From a virus (taxonomy: Duplodnaviria > Heunggongvirae > Uroviricota > Caudoviricetes): a DNA stretch of 64,000 nucleotides. The stretch spans positions 107,214 through 171,213 of the IMG/VR virus record IMGVR_UViG_2595698869_000001. One strand, written 5' to 3'. The notes under the pieces were generated by a model that worked only from the letters and a program-made list of their open reading frames with translations, was not told where the DNA came from and searched no databases. Below, one piece after another: positions 9,057 to 18,040 of the stretch (its first letter is position 1; every line of letters starts with the position of its first letter). Position numbers and translations under genes: made by a program.

Positions 9057-9126
9057 TGAATCTTGACACCTGTCGGGATTGGAGGCTAGATGGCTCCCGC
9101 CTTTCACCCCCGTCCCGACAGGCTTC
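9057..9126 (+). promoter_or_regulatory. Promoter for primase gene: GAATC-TTGACA-N16-GCTAGATG
   Basis: tcatGAATCTTGACAcctgtcgggattggagGCTAGATg matches host sigma73 consensus TTGACgS/GCTANAWC; GANTC at -35 edge. Confidence 0.55.
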
Positions 9127-12100
9127 ATGTCCCACTCTTTCGATTTCCTCGCCGCGCTGTTCGCGGCGCATGAAGGCCCGATCGCCTTCGAGCACAACAA
9201 CAAGACCGTCAAGACCCGCGATCCCGCGTTCGTGGAAGAGCACGACGGCGAACTCTATGTCTCTCCGACGACCCCGGACGGCCGCGTGGCCTTCGTGTTC
9301 GGCACGGACCAGGACGTCGACGCCGATGTCTGGGAGGCGTTTCGCCTCAAGCCGACCGTCGTCCTGTACAAGGAAAAGACTGGCGACATGATCGTGGCCT
9401 GGGCCTTCGAGGAGACCCAGGAGATCGACGACGTGCGCCGCCTCGCCGAGGCGCTGGGCATGGCCGATCTGGAAGAGCCGATCCCGCTGCCCGGCACCAA
9501 CGGCTGGTCGCTGGTCCGCGCCGAGGAGAGCGACTACTACCTCCTCGACGAGGTCGAGCGCGTCTATGCCCCGGCCAAGAAGACCGGCTACGACGACCCG
9601 CCGAAGAACCGGCAAGAAAATCGGCAATTTTCTGACACGCAATCGGCGCAAGCTGCGGAAAAGGCTGGCAAAAAAGCCTCTTCCAAGACCGGCAAAAAGA
9701 CCGGCGCCGACGCGCCGCCGTGGGACGAGGACCTCGGGACCTACGCCGACGCCGTGATCAAGCGTCCCTATGACGAGGGCGACCCGGCGCTGGCCCAGGA
9801 GATCATCGTCTCCGTCGGGGCCAACAGCAAGTCGATGAACTGGCAACCCAAGGCCATGCCGCTGGGCGCGTTCGTCGCCCAGTTCTGCCAGCACCGCGAG
9901 GGCGCCAAGGACGGCGTCTCCTTCGTGCTGGGCGACATGGTGCCGGGCCAGCGCAAGAAGACGGCGATCAAGGCCCTCTACGCCGTGGGCCTGGACGTCG
10001 ACGTGGGCATGTCCTCGGCGGCGATCGACGCGGCCCTGGCCAAGTTCGGGCGCATGGCCGTCCGCTATACGACCCATTCCCACCTGAAGGCGGTCACCGA
10101 CGTCAAGAAGGACGTCCTGATCAAGTGGTGCGAGCAGGAAGCCGACGGCGCCGACTACGAGGAGGACGAGGTCCTCCAGCGCTACTTCCTGGCCAAGGAA
10201 CTGATGACCCCGGACGTCGCCAAGACGGTCGAGTTCAACGGGACCGAGCACAAGGACGGCGGCATCATGGTCACCGTCAAGCACGCGCCGATCGCCAAGC
10301 ACCGGATCATCGTCCCCCTGGCGGCGGCCTTCGACATCTCCAAGGTCGCGCCGACCCAGAAGGAGGCGATGGACAAGTGGGCCAAGGTCCCGACCGCGCT
10401 CGCCCGCGAACTGGGCGTGCCGCTGGACAAGTCGTGCCTGGACCCCTCGCGCCTGTTCTATCTGCCGCGTCACGCCAAGGGCAAGCCGTTCGAGATCAGC
10501 CTGTTCGGCGGCGACCTGTTCGACTGGAAGAGCCTGACCCTCGACGATCCGTTCGAGGCCGAGATCGCCAAGCTGACCAAGGGGACCAGCAAGTCCAAGA
10601 CCGAGGCCGGTCGCAACCTGGGCCGCTGGTCGATGAAGGCCGCCCACGGCTTCCAGGTCGTCCAGGTCATGGAGGAGCACTGCCCCGACAAGCTGCGCCA
10701 CCAAGTCTCGGCCGGCTACGAGATCGAGTGCCCGTTCGACGAGCTTCACTCCAACGCCGGCGACACCGAGGATCGCGCCTGTCTGGCGGTCAACGCCGGC
10801 GATGGTCCGAGCGAGTGGTTCACCGTCCGCTGCCAGCACGAGTCCTGCCGCGAGTTCACCAATCTCGACATGCTCGGCAAGATGGTCGAGGACGGCTGGT
10901 TCGACCGCGACGTGCTCGACGACGAGACCTACAACATCGTCGAGGCCGAGAACGCCCCCAACCCGCAGGCGGCCAAGAAGATCGAGAAGGAGGACAAGGC
11001 CAAGGAAGCCTATATGCAGGCGATCTTTGACCTCCCCGAATCCGACTTCACCGACGACGACGTTGAAAAGGTCCTGCGCGTCTGCTGCGAGGCCAATCTG
11101 GGGACCCTGGCCGAGAACAAGGCCAAGGAAGCCCTCAAGGCGCGCCTGGGCGTCACCGGCACGGTGATCAACAAGATGTTCAAGGACATGAAGGCCACGG
11201 TCGCGCGCGAGCAGAACGCCGAGGGCGCGGTCAAGGACCCGCTGGGCCGCAGCATCTTCGCCTATGCGGGCGAGTTCAACTTCGACGAGGCCTTCGCCTG
11301 CTGCTTCCGCGCGCTGGTCAACACCAACCGCGAGAAGGACCAGCCGATCTTCTCCTGCTTGCAGGACAAGCCCGTGCGCATGGCGCCCGAGCCGGATGGT
11401 CGTCTGAAGTTCACCGAGATCGGCACGGCCGCCTCCATGGGGGCCGAACTGAACGAGCTTGTCACCTTCGTGCGCAAGAACGAGCAGGGCCAGGGCGCGC
11501 GCGGAAGGGTTCCCGACGACGTGGCGCGCCACGTGTTCGAGAAGGCCTACACCCGCCTGCCGCGCACGCCCGAGATCATGTACACCCCGATCTATACGGC
11601 CGAGGGTGACTTGATCCGCAAGCCCGGCTGGTATCAGAACCTCGACATCCTGATGGCCGACATCGGCTTCGACGTTCCGAAGGTGTTCAGCGATCCGACG
11701 CCCGAGGAGGTCGAGGACGCCGTGAAGCTCCTGACCGACGAGGTCCTGATCGACTTCCCGTTCCTGGACTACGACACCGCCGGCAACGAGCGGCGCGAGC
11801 CGTCCATGGCCAACGCCCTGGCGATGCTGATCACCCCGTTCATGCGCCGCATGATCGATAGCTGCACGCCGGTGTTCTTCGTCTCCAAGCCGACGCCGGG
11901 CACGGGCGGGACCTTCCTGGGGATGGTGCCGATCATCCTGTTCGACGGCGAGGAGCCGGCCCCGATTCGCTACACCCAGAACGAAGAGGAAATGCAGAAG
12001 GCGCTTTTGGCTTCTCTCATGAATTCAAAGGCTTACCTCTTCTTCGACGACGTCAAGGAGTTCAACAACCGGGTGTTGCTGATGGCGATCACCTCGCGTT

Positions 12101-12783
12101 ATATTGGTGGTCGCGTCCTCGGCTCCTCGAAGAACATCGAGATGCCGAACAACTCGATCTGGATCGCCACGGGCAACAACCCGCTGATCTCCTCGGAAAT
12201 GGCCCGGCGGGTGGTCGACATCCGCCTCAACGCCAAGACCTCGGACATCCAGAAGCGCACCTACAAGCACCCTGACTACGTCCAGTGGCTCAAGGCCAAT
12301 CGCGGCGAGATCGTCCACGCGATCCTCACCCTGATCGCCCATTGGATCAACTGCGGCATGCCGAAGTTCACGGCCCGCAAGCGCGCGTCGTTCGAGGACT
12401 GGTCCGAGAAGGTGGGCGGCGTGCTGATGTGCGCCAACATCGAGGGCTTCCTGGACAACCGCCGCTCGGTCGCCGCCGACATGGACGAAGCCGCGATCAA
12501 GCAACTGGTCCGCGACTGGCTGCTCAAGTGGGGCGAGAAGACCCAGGTCAAGATCGCCGACCTGTGGAGCTACGCCTACGACATGGAACTCGACATCGTT
12601 TCGGGGGCCAACGACGACCAGAAGAAGGCCCGCTTCATGCGCATCCTTCCGACCCTGGACGGCCGGACGTTCAAGATGCCGCGCGGCGACTGCATGGTCC
12701 GCGCCGGCTCCGACGCCGACGGCAATGTCACCTATCATCTGGAGCGCCTGAGCGCGACGGAGGAGGTCCTGGAGACTGCCTGA
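9127..12783 (+). CDS. DNA primase / SF3 (D5-, P4-alpha-like) helicase replication protein
   Basis: Zn-binding CPFDELH...CQHESCREF; C-terminal helicase-like VFFVSKPTPGTGGT (degenerate Walker A), YLFFDDV (Walker B), NSIWIATGNN (sensor); K-rich linker; ATG 9127 chosen on GC3 over the track's TTG 9079. Confidence 0.65.
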   Translation: MSHSFDFLAALFAAHEGPIAFEHNNKTVKTRDPAFVEEHDGELYVSPTTPDGRVAFVFGTDQDVDADVWEAFRLKPTVVLYKEKTGDMIVAWAFEETQEIDDVRRLAEALGMADLEEPIPLPGTNGWSLVRAEESDYYLLDEVERVYAPAKKTGYDDPPKNRQENRQFSDTQSAQAAEKAGKKASSKTGKKTGADAPPWDEDLGTYADAVIKRPYDEGDPALAQEIIVSVGANSKSMNWQPKAMPLGAFVAQFCQHREGAKDGVSFVLGDMVPGQRKKTAIKALYAVGLDVDVGMSSAAIDAALAKFGRMAVRYTTHSHLKAVTDVKKDVLIKWCEQEADGADYEEDEVLQRYFLAKELMTPDVAKTVEFNGTEHKDGGIMVTVKHAPIAKHRIIVPLAAAFDISKVAPTQKEAMDKWAKVPTALARELGVPLDKSCLDPSRLFYLPRHAKGKPFEISLFGGDLFDWKSLTLDDPFEAEIAKLTKGTSKSKTEAGRNLGRWSMKAAHGFQVVQVMEEHCPDKLRHQVSAGYEIECPFDELHSNAGDTEDRACLAVNAGDGPSEWFTVRCQHESCREFTNLDMLGKMVEDGWFDRDVLDDETYNIVEAENAPNPQAAKKIEKEDKAKEAYMQAIFDLPESDFTDDDVEKVLRVCCEANLGTLAENKAKEALKARLGVTGTVINKMFKDMKATVAREQNAEGAVKDPLGRSIFAYAGEFNFDEAFACCFRALVNTNREKDQPIFSCLQDKPVRMAPEPDGRLKFTEIGTAASMGAELNELVTFVRKNEQGQGARGRVPDDVARHVFEKAYTRLPRTPEIMYTPIYTAEGDLIRKPGWYQNLDILMADIGFDVPKVFSDPTPEEVEDAVKLLTDEVLIDFPFLDYDTAGNERREPSMANALAMLITPFMRRMIDSCTPVFFVSKPTPGTGGTFLGMVPIILFDGEEPAPIRYTQNEEEMQKALLASLMNSKAYLFFDDVKEFNNRVLLMAITSRYIGGRVLGSSKNIEMPNNSIWIATGNNPLISSEMARRVVDIRLNAKTSDIQKRTYKHPDYVQWLKANRGEIVHAILTLIAHWINCGMPKFTARKRASFEDWSEKVGGVLMCANIEGFLDNRRSVAADMDEAAIKQLVRDWLLKWGEKTQVKIADLWSYAYDMELDIVSGANDDQKKARFMRILPTLDGRTFKMPRGDCMVRAGSDADGNVTYHLERLSATEEVLETA

Positions 12784-12810
12784 CGGGGGTGAGTGCTCCA
12801 GGCCCACGAG

Positions 12811-12842
12811 AAAGGCCCCAGGATCGCTCCTGGGGCCTTTTG
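12811..12842. terminator. Bidirectional rho-independent terminator
   Basis: aaaGGCCCCAGGatcgctCCTGGGGCCtttt between convergent genes. Confidence 0.6.
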
Positions 12843-12861
12843 AGTGTCTGAGGCTGGCCGA

Positions 12862-13209
12862 CTAGAGCCAGATGATCTGAGGGGCCTTGCCGCGCTTCCT
12901 GACGATCTGCACGAGGCCTTCGGCGACGAGCTTGCCATACAGGCGGTCGAGCGAGGCGGTCTTGGTCCGGCCTTTGTCCCCGGCTTGCTGGCGCCGGCGC
13001 GCCTTGCGGTTCTGCGCCTCCCGTCCGTAGGTCATCTCGATCCCGGTCTGGAGGTCCTGGCGCGTCAGCTTGCCGCTGGCGAGGGCTTGATCGAGCACCG
13101 CCACGGCCTCGGGCGGGTACTTCTCCCGCGCGGCCTTCAGATAGGCCGCCTTCTCCTCGGGCGACAGGGTTTCGACGGGGTCTTGTTCGGGGGTCGGCGC
13201 GGTCATGAA
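12862..13209 (-). CDS. hypothetical small basic protein (115 aa), possible DNA-binding
   Basis: GGAGattttcATG; real tail of ORF 12862..13686. Confidence 0.5.
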   Translation of the reverse strand, partial: FMTAPTPEQDPVETLSPEEKAAYLKAAREKYPPEAVAVLDQALASGKLTRQDLQTGIEMTYGREAQNRKARRRQQAGDKGRTKTASLDRLYGKLVAEGLVQIVRKRGKAPQIIWL

Positions 13210-13321
13210 AATCTCCAGGCGCGGGAATGTCACCCCTGATGACACACCCAGCACGAGACGTAAAGTGTTGACAGACGACACTCGAAGCCGGTATTGAAAC
13301 TCCTGTACGGTAAGGGAAAAC
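13201..13321. promoter_or_regulatory. Divergent control region with inverted repeat TGTCA-N7-TGACA and cassette -35 GTGTTGACA
   Basis: aaTGTCAcccctgaTGACAcaccc...aaaGTGTTGACAgacgacactcg between divergent genes. Confidence 0.45.
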
Positions 13322-13921
13322 ATGATCGACGACGATTCAGACTGGCAGGAAGGCGAGCTTTCGCCGCCCCGCGCCCCGATCACCACCAAGGACCTGACGG
13401 CCGCCGCCCAGAGCGTCGCCGGCGGGCGCATGGCGGCGATGCGGGCGGCCGGAGAATCCCATCGACGCGATTTCCTGATCCTGCGCGGGCCGCTGGGCGT
13501 CGTCCGGCTCTCGTTCGCGCATGTTCCGGTCCTCCAGGCGCTTTGGCGTGTCTGGGCTCGCAAGCGGCTCCAGCGGATCGATGATCCCGGCGCCAATCTT
13601 GCAGAGATCGGAGCCGAGATGGGTTTGGAGGTCAGCGCGGTCCGCCCGGTGATCACCAGCCTGCACAAGAACCGACTGATCCGCACGCGCCGCAGCCACC
13701 ACGGCTGGCAGGGCGTGCGGGCGACCTACTACCCGTCGGAGATCGCCGTCCAGGCCCTGGGCTTGGCGGAGGTCCTCGGCCCTGGTCACGCCGTCCAGGT
13801 GGGGCGTAACGCCTCGGCCTGGGCGAGCCGCAGCCAGACCGAGCCCGGCAACCTGTTCCAACACGCCGCGCTGTTGCGGGGCGGGGCTCATGCCAGGGCC
13901 TACGATTCGGAGTATTCATGA
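13322..13921 (+). CDS. winged-helix (MarR-like) transcriptional regulator, putative
   Basis: ANLAEIGAEMGLEVSAVRPVITSLHKNRLIRTRR HTH-like segment; good GC3. Confidence 0.45.
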   Translation: MIDDDSDWQEGELSPPRAPITTKDLTAAAQSVAGGRMAAMRAAGESHRRDFLILRGPLGVVRLSFAHVPVLQALWRVWARKRLQRIDDPGANLAEIGAEMGLEVSAVRPVITSLHKNRLIRTRRSHHGWQGVRATYYPSEIAVQALGLAEVLGPGHAVQVGRNASAWASRSQTEPGNLFQHAALLRGGAHARAYDSEYS

Positions 13922-13922
13922 A

Positions 13923-14339
13923 ATGCCGCAAACCGCGAAAGACCTCAAAGCCGCCGACGTCCAGCCCGCCGGGGCTAAGGGAAGCGCGCAGCCTGGAGGT
14001 GCTGAAGGGGCGGCCTCCACGGGTGCGGTCCTTCTGAGCAAGGAGGCCATCGGCCAGATCGGCGAAGCCCTCGGCGGCCGGACCCATTGGCAGGCCTCGA
14101 TCGCGCGTCGGGTCGGCGTCTCCAAGTCGCAGATCACCCGCTATCTCAACGGCGATCGCACGCCCAACACCGCCCTGGGCGACATCTTCATGGACCTGAT
14201 CGTCGGGAACATCGAGGAACTGTCCGACCTCCTGAGCACGCCCGGCCTGCCCGAGGCCGAGGGCGCGGTGGTCGCCGAAGCCCAGCGCCACATCCAGCAA
14301 GCCGTGCAGTTGCTGCGCGACAAAATCCTGTATTCCTGA
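13923..14339 (+). CDS. XRE-family (Cro/CI-type) HTH DNA-binding protein
   Basis: HWQASIARRVGVSKSQITRYLNGDRTPN HTH_XRE signature. Confidence 0.6.
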   Translation: MPQTAKDLKAADVQPAGAKGSAQPGGAEGAASTGAVLLSKEAIGQIGEALGGRTHWQASIARRVGVSKSQITRYLNGDRTPNTALGDIFMDLIVGNIEELSDLLSTPGLPEAEGAVVAEAQRHIQQAVQLLRDKILYS

Positions 14340-14347
14340 GGTCCCGC

Positions 14348-14818
14348 ATGTCCCTGATCGAGAAGCTCAACAACGACGCCCTGGCCGCCCGCAAGGCGGC
14401 GATGCGCAAGGAAGCCGGCGGCGAGCACGCCGTTCTCCTGGCGACGGTCGCGGCGGACGCCGCCATGATCGCCAAGAACGACCGCCAGAACCCCGGCCGC
14501 GACGTCACGGACGAGGACGTCGTCGCCACGCTGAAGAAGCACATCGGCGGCATCGACACCACCCTGGCGGAACTGACCAAGCGCGGCCGGTCCGAGGAGG
14601 AGCAGTCGCGCTTCATCGTCGAGCGCCGGCGCCTGGAGGCCTATCTGCCCCAGACCCTGTCGGGCGGCGATCTGACCGACGCGATCCACGCCACGGCCGC
14701 CAAGCTCGGCGTCGACCTGCACGTCAAGAGCACCAAGGCGATCGTCGCCGATCTGCAAGAGCAGTTCCCTGGCCAGATTGATTCTTCGGAAGTCGCGCGC
14801 TATCTTAAGAACGTCTGA
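14348..14818 (+). CDS. GatB/YqeY domain protein
   Basis: MSLIEKLNNDALAARKAAMRKE...KRGRSEEEQSRFIVERRRLEAYLPQTLSGGDL resembles YqeY family. Confidence 0.6.
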   Translation: MSLIEKLNNDALAARKAAMRKEAGGEHAVLLATVAADAAMIAKNDRQNPGRDVTDEDVVATLKKHIGGIDTTLAELTKRGRSEEEQSRFIVERRRLEAYLPQTLSGGDLTDAIHATAAKLGVDLHVKSTKAIVADLQEQFPGQIDSSEVARYLKNV

Positions 14819-14845
14819 TCCCAGACGAAATCCCAGTCAGAACTT

Positions 14846-14878
14846 AAAAGGCCCCGGAGCGATCCGGGGCCTTCTTCT
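14846..14878. terminator. Bidirectional rho-independent terminator
   Basis: aaaaGGCCCCGGagcgatCCGGGGCCttcttct between convergent YqeY and ligase genes. Confidence 0.6.
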
Positions 14879-14896
14879 ATGCGTGGATCGGAAGTC

Positions 14897-15967
14897 CTAC
14901 GCCGCTTCCGTCTCGGGACCATCCTCGATCCAGGCCGCATAGAGGTCCTCCAGGACCTTGACGCGGGCCGGGTCCATGTCGGACGGATCGCGGATGCCTT
15001 CGAAGACCCCATGGCGCGGCAGGTCATAGTCGCCGGCCAGGGCGTAGCTCATCTTGATGAACTTCCCCAGCGGCGGGTTGTCATAGAACTCCGCCTTCTG
15101 CTTGGCGTTGAGCCCCGAGGCGACCCTGGCGACCTTGCCCGGCCATTCGGGGAACAGGACCAGGAGCCCGCCGGCGATCCCCTTGGCGACCTTGCCGGCC
15201 TTGTGGGTCGAGCGCTTGGTGTAGCCGCGCTCGTCGAGCGTGGCCTCGTTGGTGTTGGCCTTCTCCTCGTAGCGTCCGATGCAGACACCCTCCAGGTCGG
15301 CCTTGTCCTTGGCCTTGACGTTGAACCCCTCCAGGACGGTCGAGCGGCCGGGCTTGTAGGGCGCGTCCAGCGAGCAGAAGATCAGACCCTCGTCGTCGTT
15401 TTCGAGGGCCTCGTAGAACATCGCCACTGCCTCCTGGGCGTTCTTGAGCAGGCGCTGCTCCAGGATGACCACCCAGGACGGCAGCGACAACTCCAGGGCC
15501 TTCAGGGCGTCCAGACGCTCGGTCTTGCCGCCCGGCGCCAGGAAGTGCTCGAAGACATAGTAGCGGATGTCCGGCTCGCCTTCCTGGGTCATGACCGCCG
15601 AGGTCGACCCCCGGAAGTTCAGCTTGCCGTCGGTCAGGATGCCGATCTCGCCGTCCAGGCCGTGGGGCAGGGTCGACAGCAGCCGCCGCACGTGGTGATT
15701 GGGGATGTACTTCAGCGACCGGGTGATCCCGTGGCCGATCTCGTCGGCCTCCAGGGTGATCCAGCCGGCCTCGGTGTGGACGAGGGAGGTCTCGATCTTG
15801 TCGGGGTGGACGGGCGACACGCTGGCCCGCACCCCGTCCTTCTTGAACGAGGCGTAGCAGGGGAACTGGATGCGGGCCTCGAACTCCTCGGGACGCACCG
15901 AGTCGGTGTCGGCCAGGGCGATCCGGAACCGCTTGTAGGGCTTGAAAGGCTTGGGTTTCTTGGTCAT
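14897..15967 (-). CDS. ATP-dependent DNA ligase (minimal, phage-type)
   Basis: Motif I KKDGVR, III LDGEIGIL, IV EGLIFCSLD, V EGFNVKAKDK; GGAAG SD. Confidence 0.75.
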   Translation of the reverse strand: MTKKPKPFKPYKRFRIALADTDSVRPEEFEARIQFPCYASFKKDGVRASVSPVHPDKIETSLVHTEAGWITLEADEIGHGITRSLKYIPNHHVRRLLSTLPHGLDGEIGILTDGKLNFRGSTSAVMTQEGEPDIRYYVFEHFLAPGGKTERLDALKALELSLPSWVVILEQRLLKNAQEAVAMFYEALENDDEGLIFCSLDAPYKPGRSTVLEGFNVKAKDKADLEGVCIGRYEEKANTNEATLDERGYTKRSTHKAGKVAKGIAGGLLVLFPEWPGKVARVASGLNAKQKAEFYDNPPLGKFIKMSYALAGDYDLPRHGVFEGIRDPSDMDPARVKVLEDLYAAWIEDGPETEAA

Positions 15968-16416
15968 CTCAACTTCCCCTCGATCAGTTTGAGGCCGGGC
16001 TGGTCCCGGTTCATTTGGTAGACGATGTAGCGATCGCCGCTGAACTCGACGCTGTAGACCGTCATGCCGGCGTCGAGGCACTGCATCCACATGTGCCGCG
16101 TCCCCGGCCCGCCGGGGAAGGCCACGCAGACGTTGGCCCCGCTCTCCACGCGCATCCGGGTGTTGCGGTTCTTGGGCGCGTCGTCGCCCTCGCCATCCAG
16201 GAGCGGATCGACCTTGTAGACCTCGGTGGCGAAGCCCCACTTCTCGGCCCAGGCGCGGCAGAGCCGGTCGTAGCCCTCGGCGTCGCCGTCGACCCAGACC
16301 ATGTCGCGCGGCCAGCGAAGCATCGAGACCAGGGCCGACAGGACCAGACGCGGGGCCTGCTCGACGACCCCGACCCGGCCGCCGCAGACCACCGCCTTGA
16401 ACGGATCAGGCTTCAT
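15964..16416 (-). CDS. SLOG-family (DUF2493/YspA-like) protein
   Basis: VVCGGRVG...WVDGDAEGYDRLCRAWAEKWG...VCVAFPGGPGTRHM; ATGA overlap with ligase. Confidence 0.55.
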   Translation of the reverse strand: MKPDPFKAVVCGGRVGVVEQAPRLVLSALVSMLRWPRDMVWVDGDAEGYDRLCRAWAEKWGFATEVYKVDPLLDGEGDDAPKNRNTRMRVESGANVCVAFPGGPGTRHMWMQCLDAGMTVYSVEFSGDRYIVYQMNRDQPGLKLIEGKLR

Positions 16417-18040
16417 CGCCGAAAATCTCCGGATCGAGCACGTCTTCCTCCATGTCGATGAACCCCTGTAGCGGCTGGCGCGGCTCGACGCGCCTGTTCT
16501 CCAGCATGATCTCGTCATGCACCCGCATCTGCGGGATGTAGTCGTACTCGAAGCGCCGCTGCCGGCGTCCGAGCGCGTCGAGGCTCAGATGGCTCCCGTG
16601 ATGGCGCTGGGCGTCGGACAGGAATTCCTGATAGGCGGTCCGCGTCGAGGCGGCATGGGTGGTGGCGGCGGACAGCGCGACGGTCAGGGGCTTGAACGAG
16701 GTGGCCCCGTCGCTCATCTCGGTGATGGTGTCGAAGAAGGGCTCCAGGTCCGCCACCCCGCGCGGGCCGATCCCCAGCCATCCCGCCAGCCGCTCGGGCT
16801 TGACGTCGTAGCACGAGCCGTCGATCGCCCAGGCGCCCTCCTTGGGGTCCCAGGTCCAGGGCGCGTCGTTCATCGTCGCCAACACCCCGAAGGCGTCGCA
16901 GCGGTCCTTGCCGTCGCGCAGCACCCCGTAGCCGAACTTGGCCTTGCCAAGCATCGTGGTCCATTCGAGCAACACCGTCGGCTCGATGTTCAGCGCCGAA
17001 AGATGCCGGGCCAGACGGCGCGTGTTGGCGGAGGCCGGCGAGGAAATGCCCAGCACGTCGTGCTCGAAGATCGCCCAGTCCTCGTAGTCGGCGAACCGGC
17101 AATGTTCGGGATAGTCCTCGAACACGCGGTCGCGGTCGTATTTCGGATCGTAGATGTCGCGGAAGTCGTAGTGCCGCCCGCCGCCGCGAATCAGGGTGGG
17201 GTTCGTGTTGAGCCTCAGGGCGTAGCCAAGTTCGATGTAGCGATTTTGGCGCTCGGCCGCGCGTCCCAGCGTCGAGGAATCAGGCATCCAGCACCCGGTC
17301 CACTCCCCTTCCGGTCCCCAGATGAACAACTGCGCGATCTCCGGGCGGATGTTACGAAGGTGCGGCTCGGTGGGCGGCAGATAATAGGCCAGATCACCGA
17401 TCTTGAACCGCATGCTCTGGACGTGCTGTTCGTAGCGGCGCACGGCGTCGTTATAGCGACCGCCTGAAAAAGGCTCGATCATCCTGGTCGCCATCGCGTA
17501 GTCCTTACTCATCAGCCAGTCCATGGCTTGCTTCTGATAGGGGTAGGGCTGAAAGGCCTTGACCATCTTCTGGCTTATGACCGTCTCGGACTTCAGTATC
17601 TGAGCCATGGTCTCCTGGAGGCGCGACTTGCCGGCTTGCCGGGGCGCGACGAGGAGGTCGCCCAGGCCCAGGGTGGTGTCCTCGATGATCTTGAGATCGT
17701 TCCAGGACGTCGCGTGCGCGGTGACGCTTCCCACGGGCGAAGCGGGGTCGACCCCGAGGATCATCTTGCCGATCTTGTGGTCGAACGCCGCCACGATCTG
17801 CTCGATCTTCGAGAGCGGCGCGGTGTCGTCGAGGGGATAGGCCACATCGAGCGTGCTCGCCGGCAGCGGCGGCTTGGCGTAGGCTTCCCGCAGCTTCATG
17901 AGCGCGTCGGCCGCCTTGCCGGTCGGGGCGATGACCTGGGCGATCGCCGTTTCCGGCGGACGGGCGGTCTTGCCGCCCAGGCCCAGATTGCTCAGGAAGG
18001 CCGGCTCAGGCGGAACGGAGGGGGACGACAGGCTGATCAC
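16406..18040 (-). CDS. P-loop NTPase-like hypothetical protein (start uncertain)
   Basis: Walker A APRQAGKS; high GC3 from ~18000 down; candidate starts GTG ~18040 or ATG ~17899; overlaps next gene by 11 nt. Confidence 0.45.
   Translation of the reverse strand: MISLSSPSVPPEPAFLSNLGLGGKTARPPETAIAQVIAPTGKAADALMKLREAYAKPPLPASTLDVAYPLDDTAPLSKIEQIVAAFDHKIGKMILGVDPASPVGSVTAHATSWNDLKIIEDTTLGLGDLLVAPRQAGKSRLQETMAQILKSETVISQKMVKAFQPYPYQKQAMDWLMSKDYAMATRMIEPFSGGRYNDAVRRYEQHVQSMRFKIGDLAYYLPPTEPHLRNIRPEIAQLFIWGPEGEWTGCWMPDSSTLGRAAERQNRYIELGYALRLNTNPTLIRGGGRHYDFRDIYDPKYDRDRVFEDYPEHCRFADYEDWAIFEHDVLGISSPASANTRRLARHLSALNIEPTVLLEWTTMLGKAKFGYGVLRDGKDRCDAFGVLATMNDAPWTWDPKEGAWAIDGSCYDVKPERLAGWLGIGPRGVADLEPFFDTITEMSDGATSFKPLTVALSAATTHAASTRTAYQEFLSDAQRHHGSHLSLDALGRRQRRFEYDYIPQMRVHDEIMLENRRVEPRQPLQGFIDMEEDVLDPEIFGDEA

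Noticed and set aside
9079-9126. TTG start at 9079 for the primase, as listed in the ORF track
   Set aside because: The first 16 codons have low GC3 and overlap the promoter -10. ATG 9127 begins the high-GC3 region.
16406-18040. Large terminase identity suggested by the LLVAPRQAGKS P-loop and PYPYQ motif
   Set aside because: The motif order is reversed relative to terminases (Walker A before the YQ motif). There is no nuclease motif and no portal or capsid genes nearby. Kept as generic P-loop protein.
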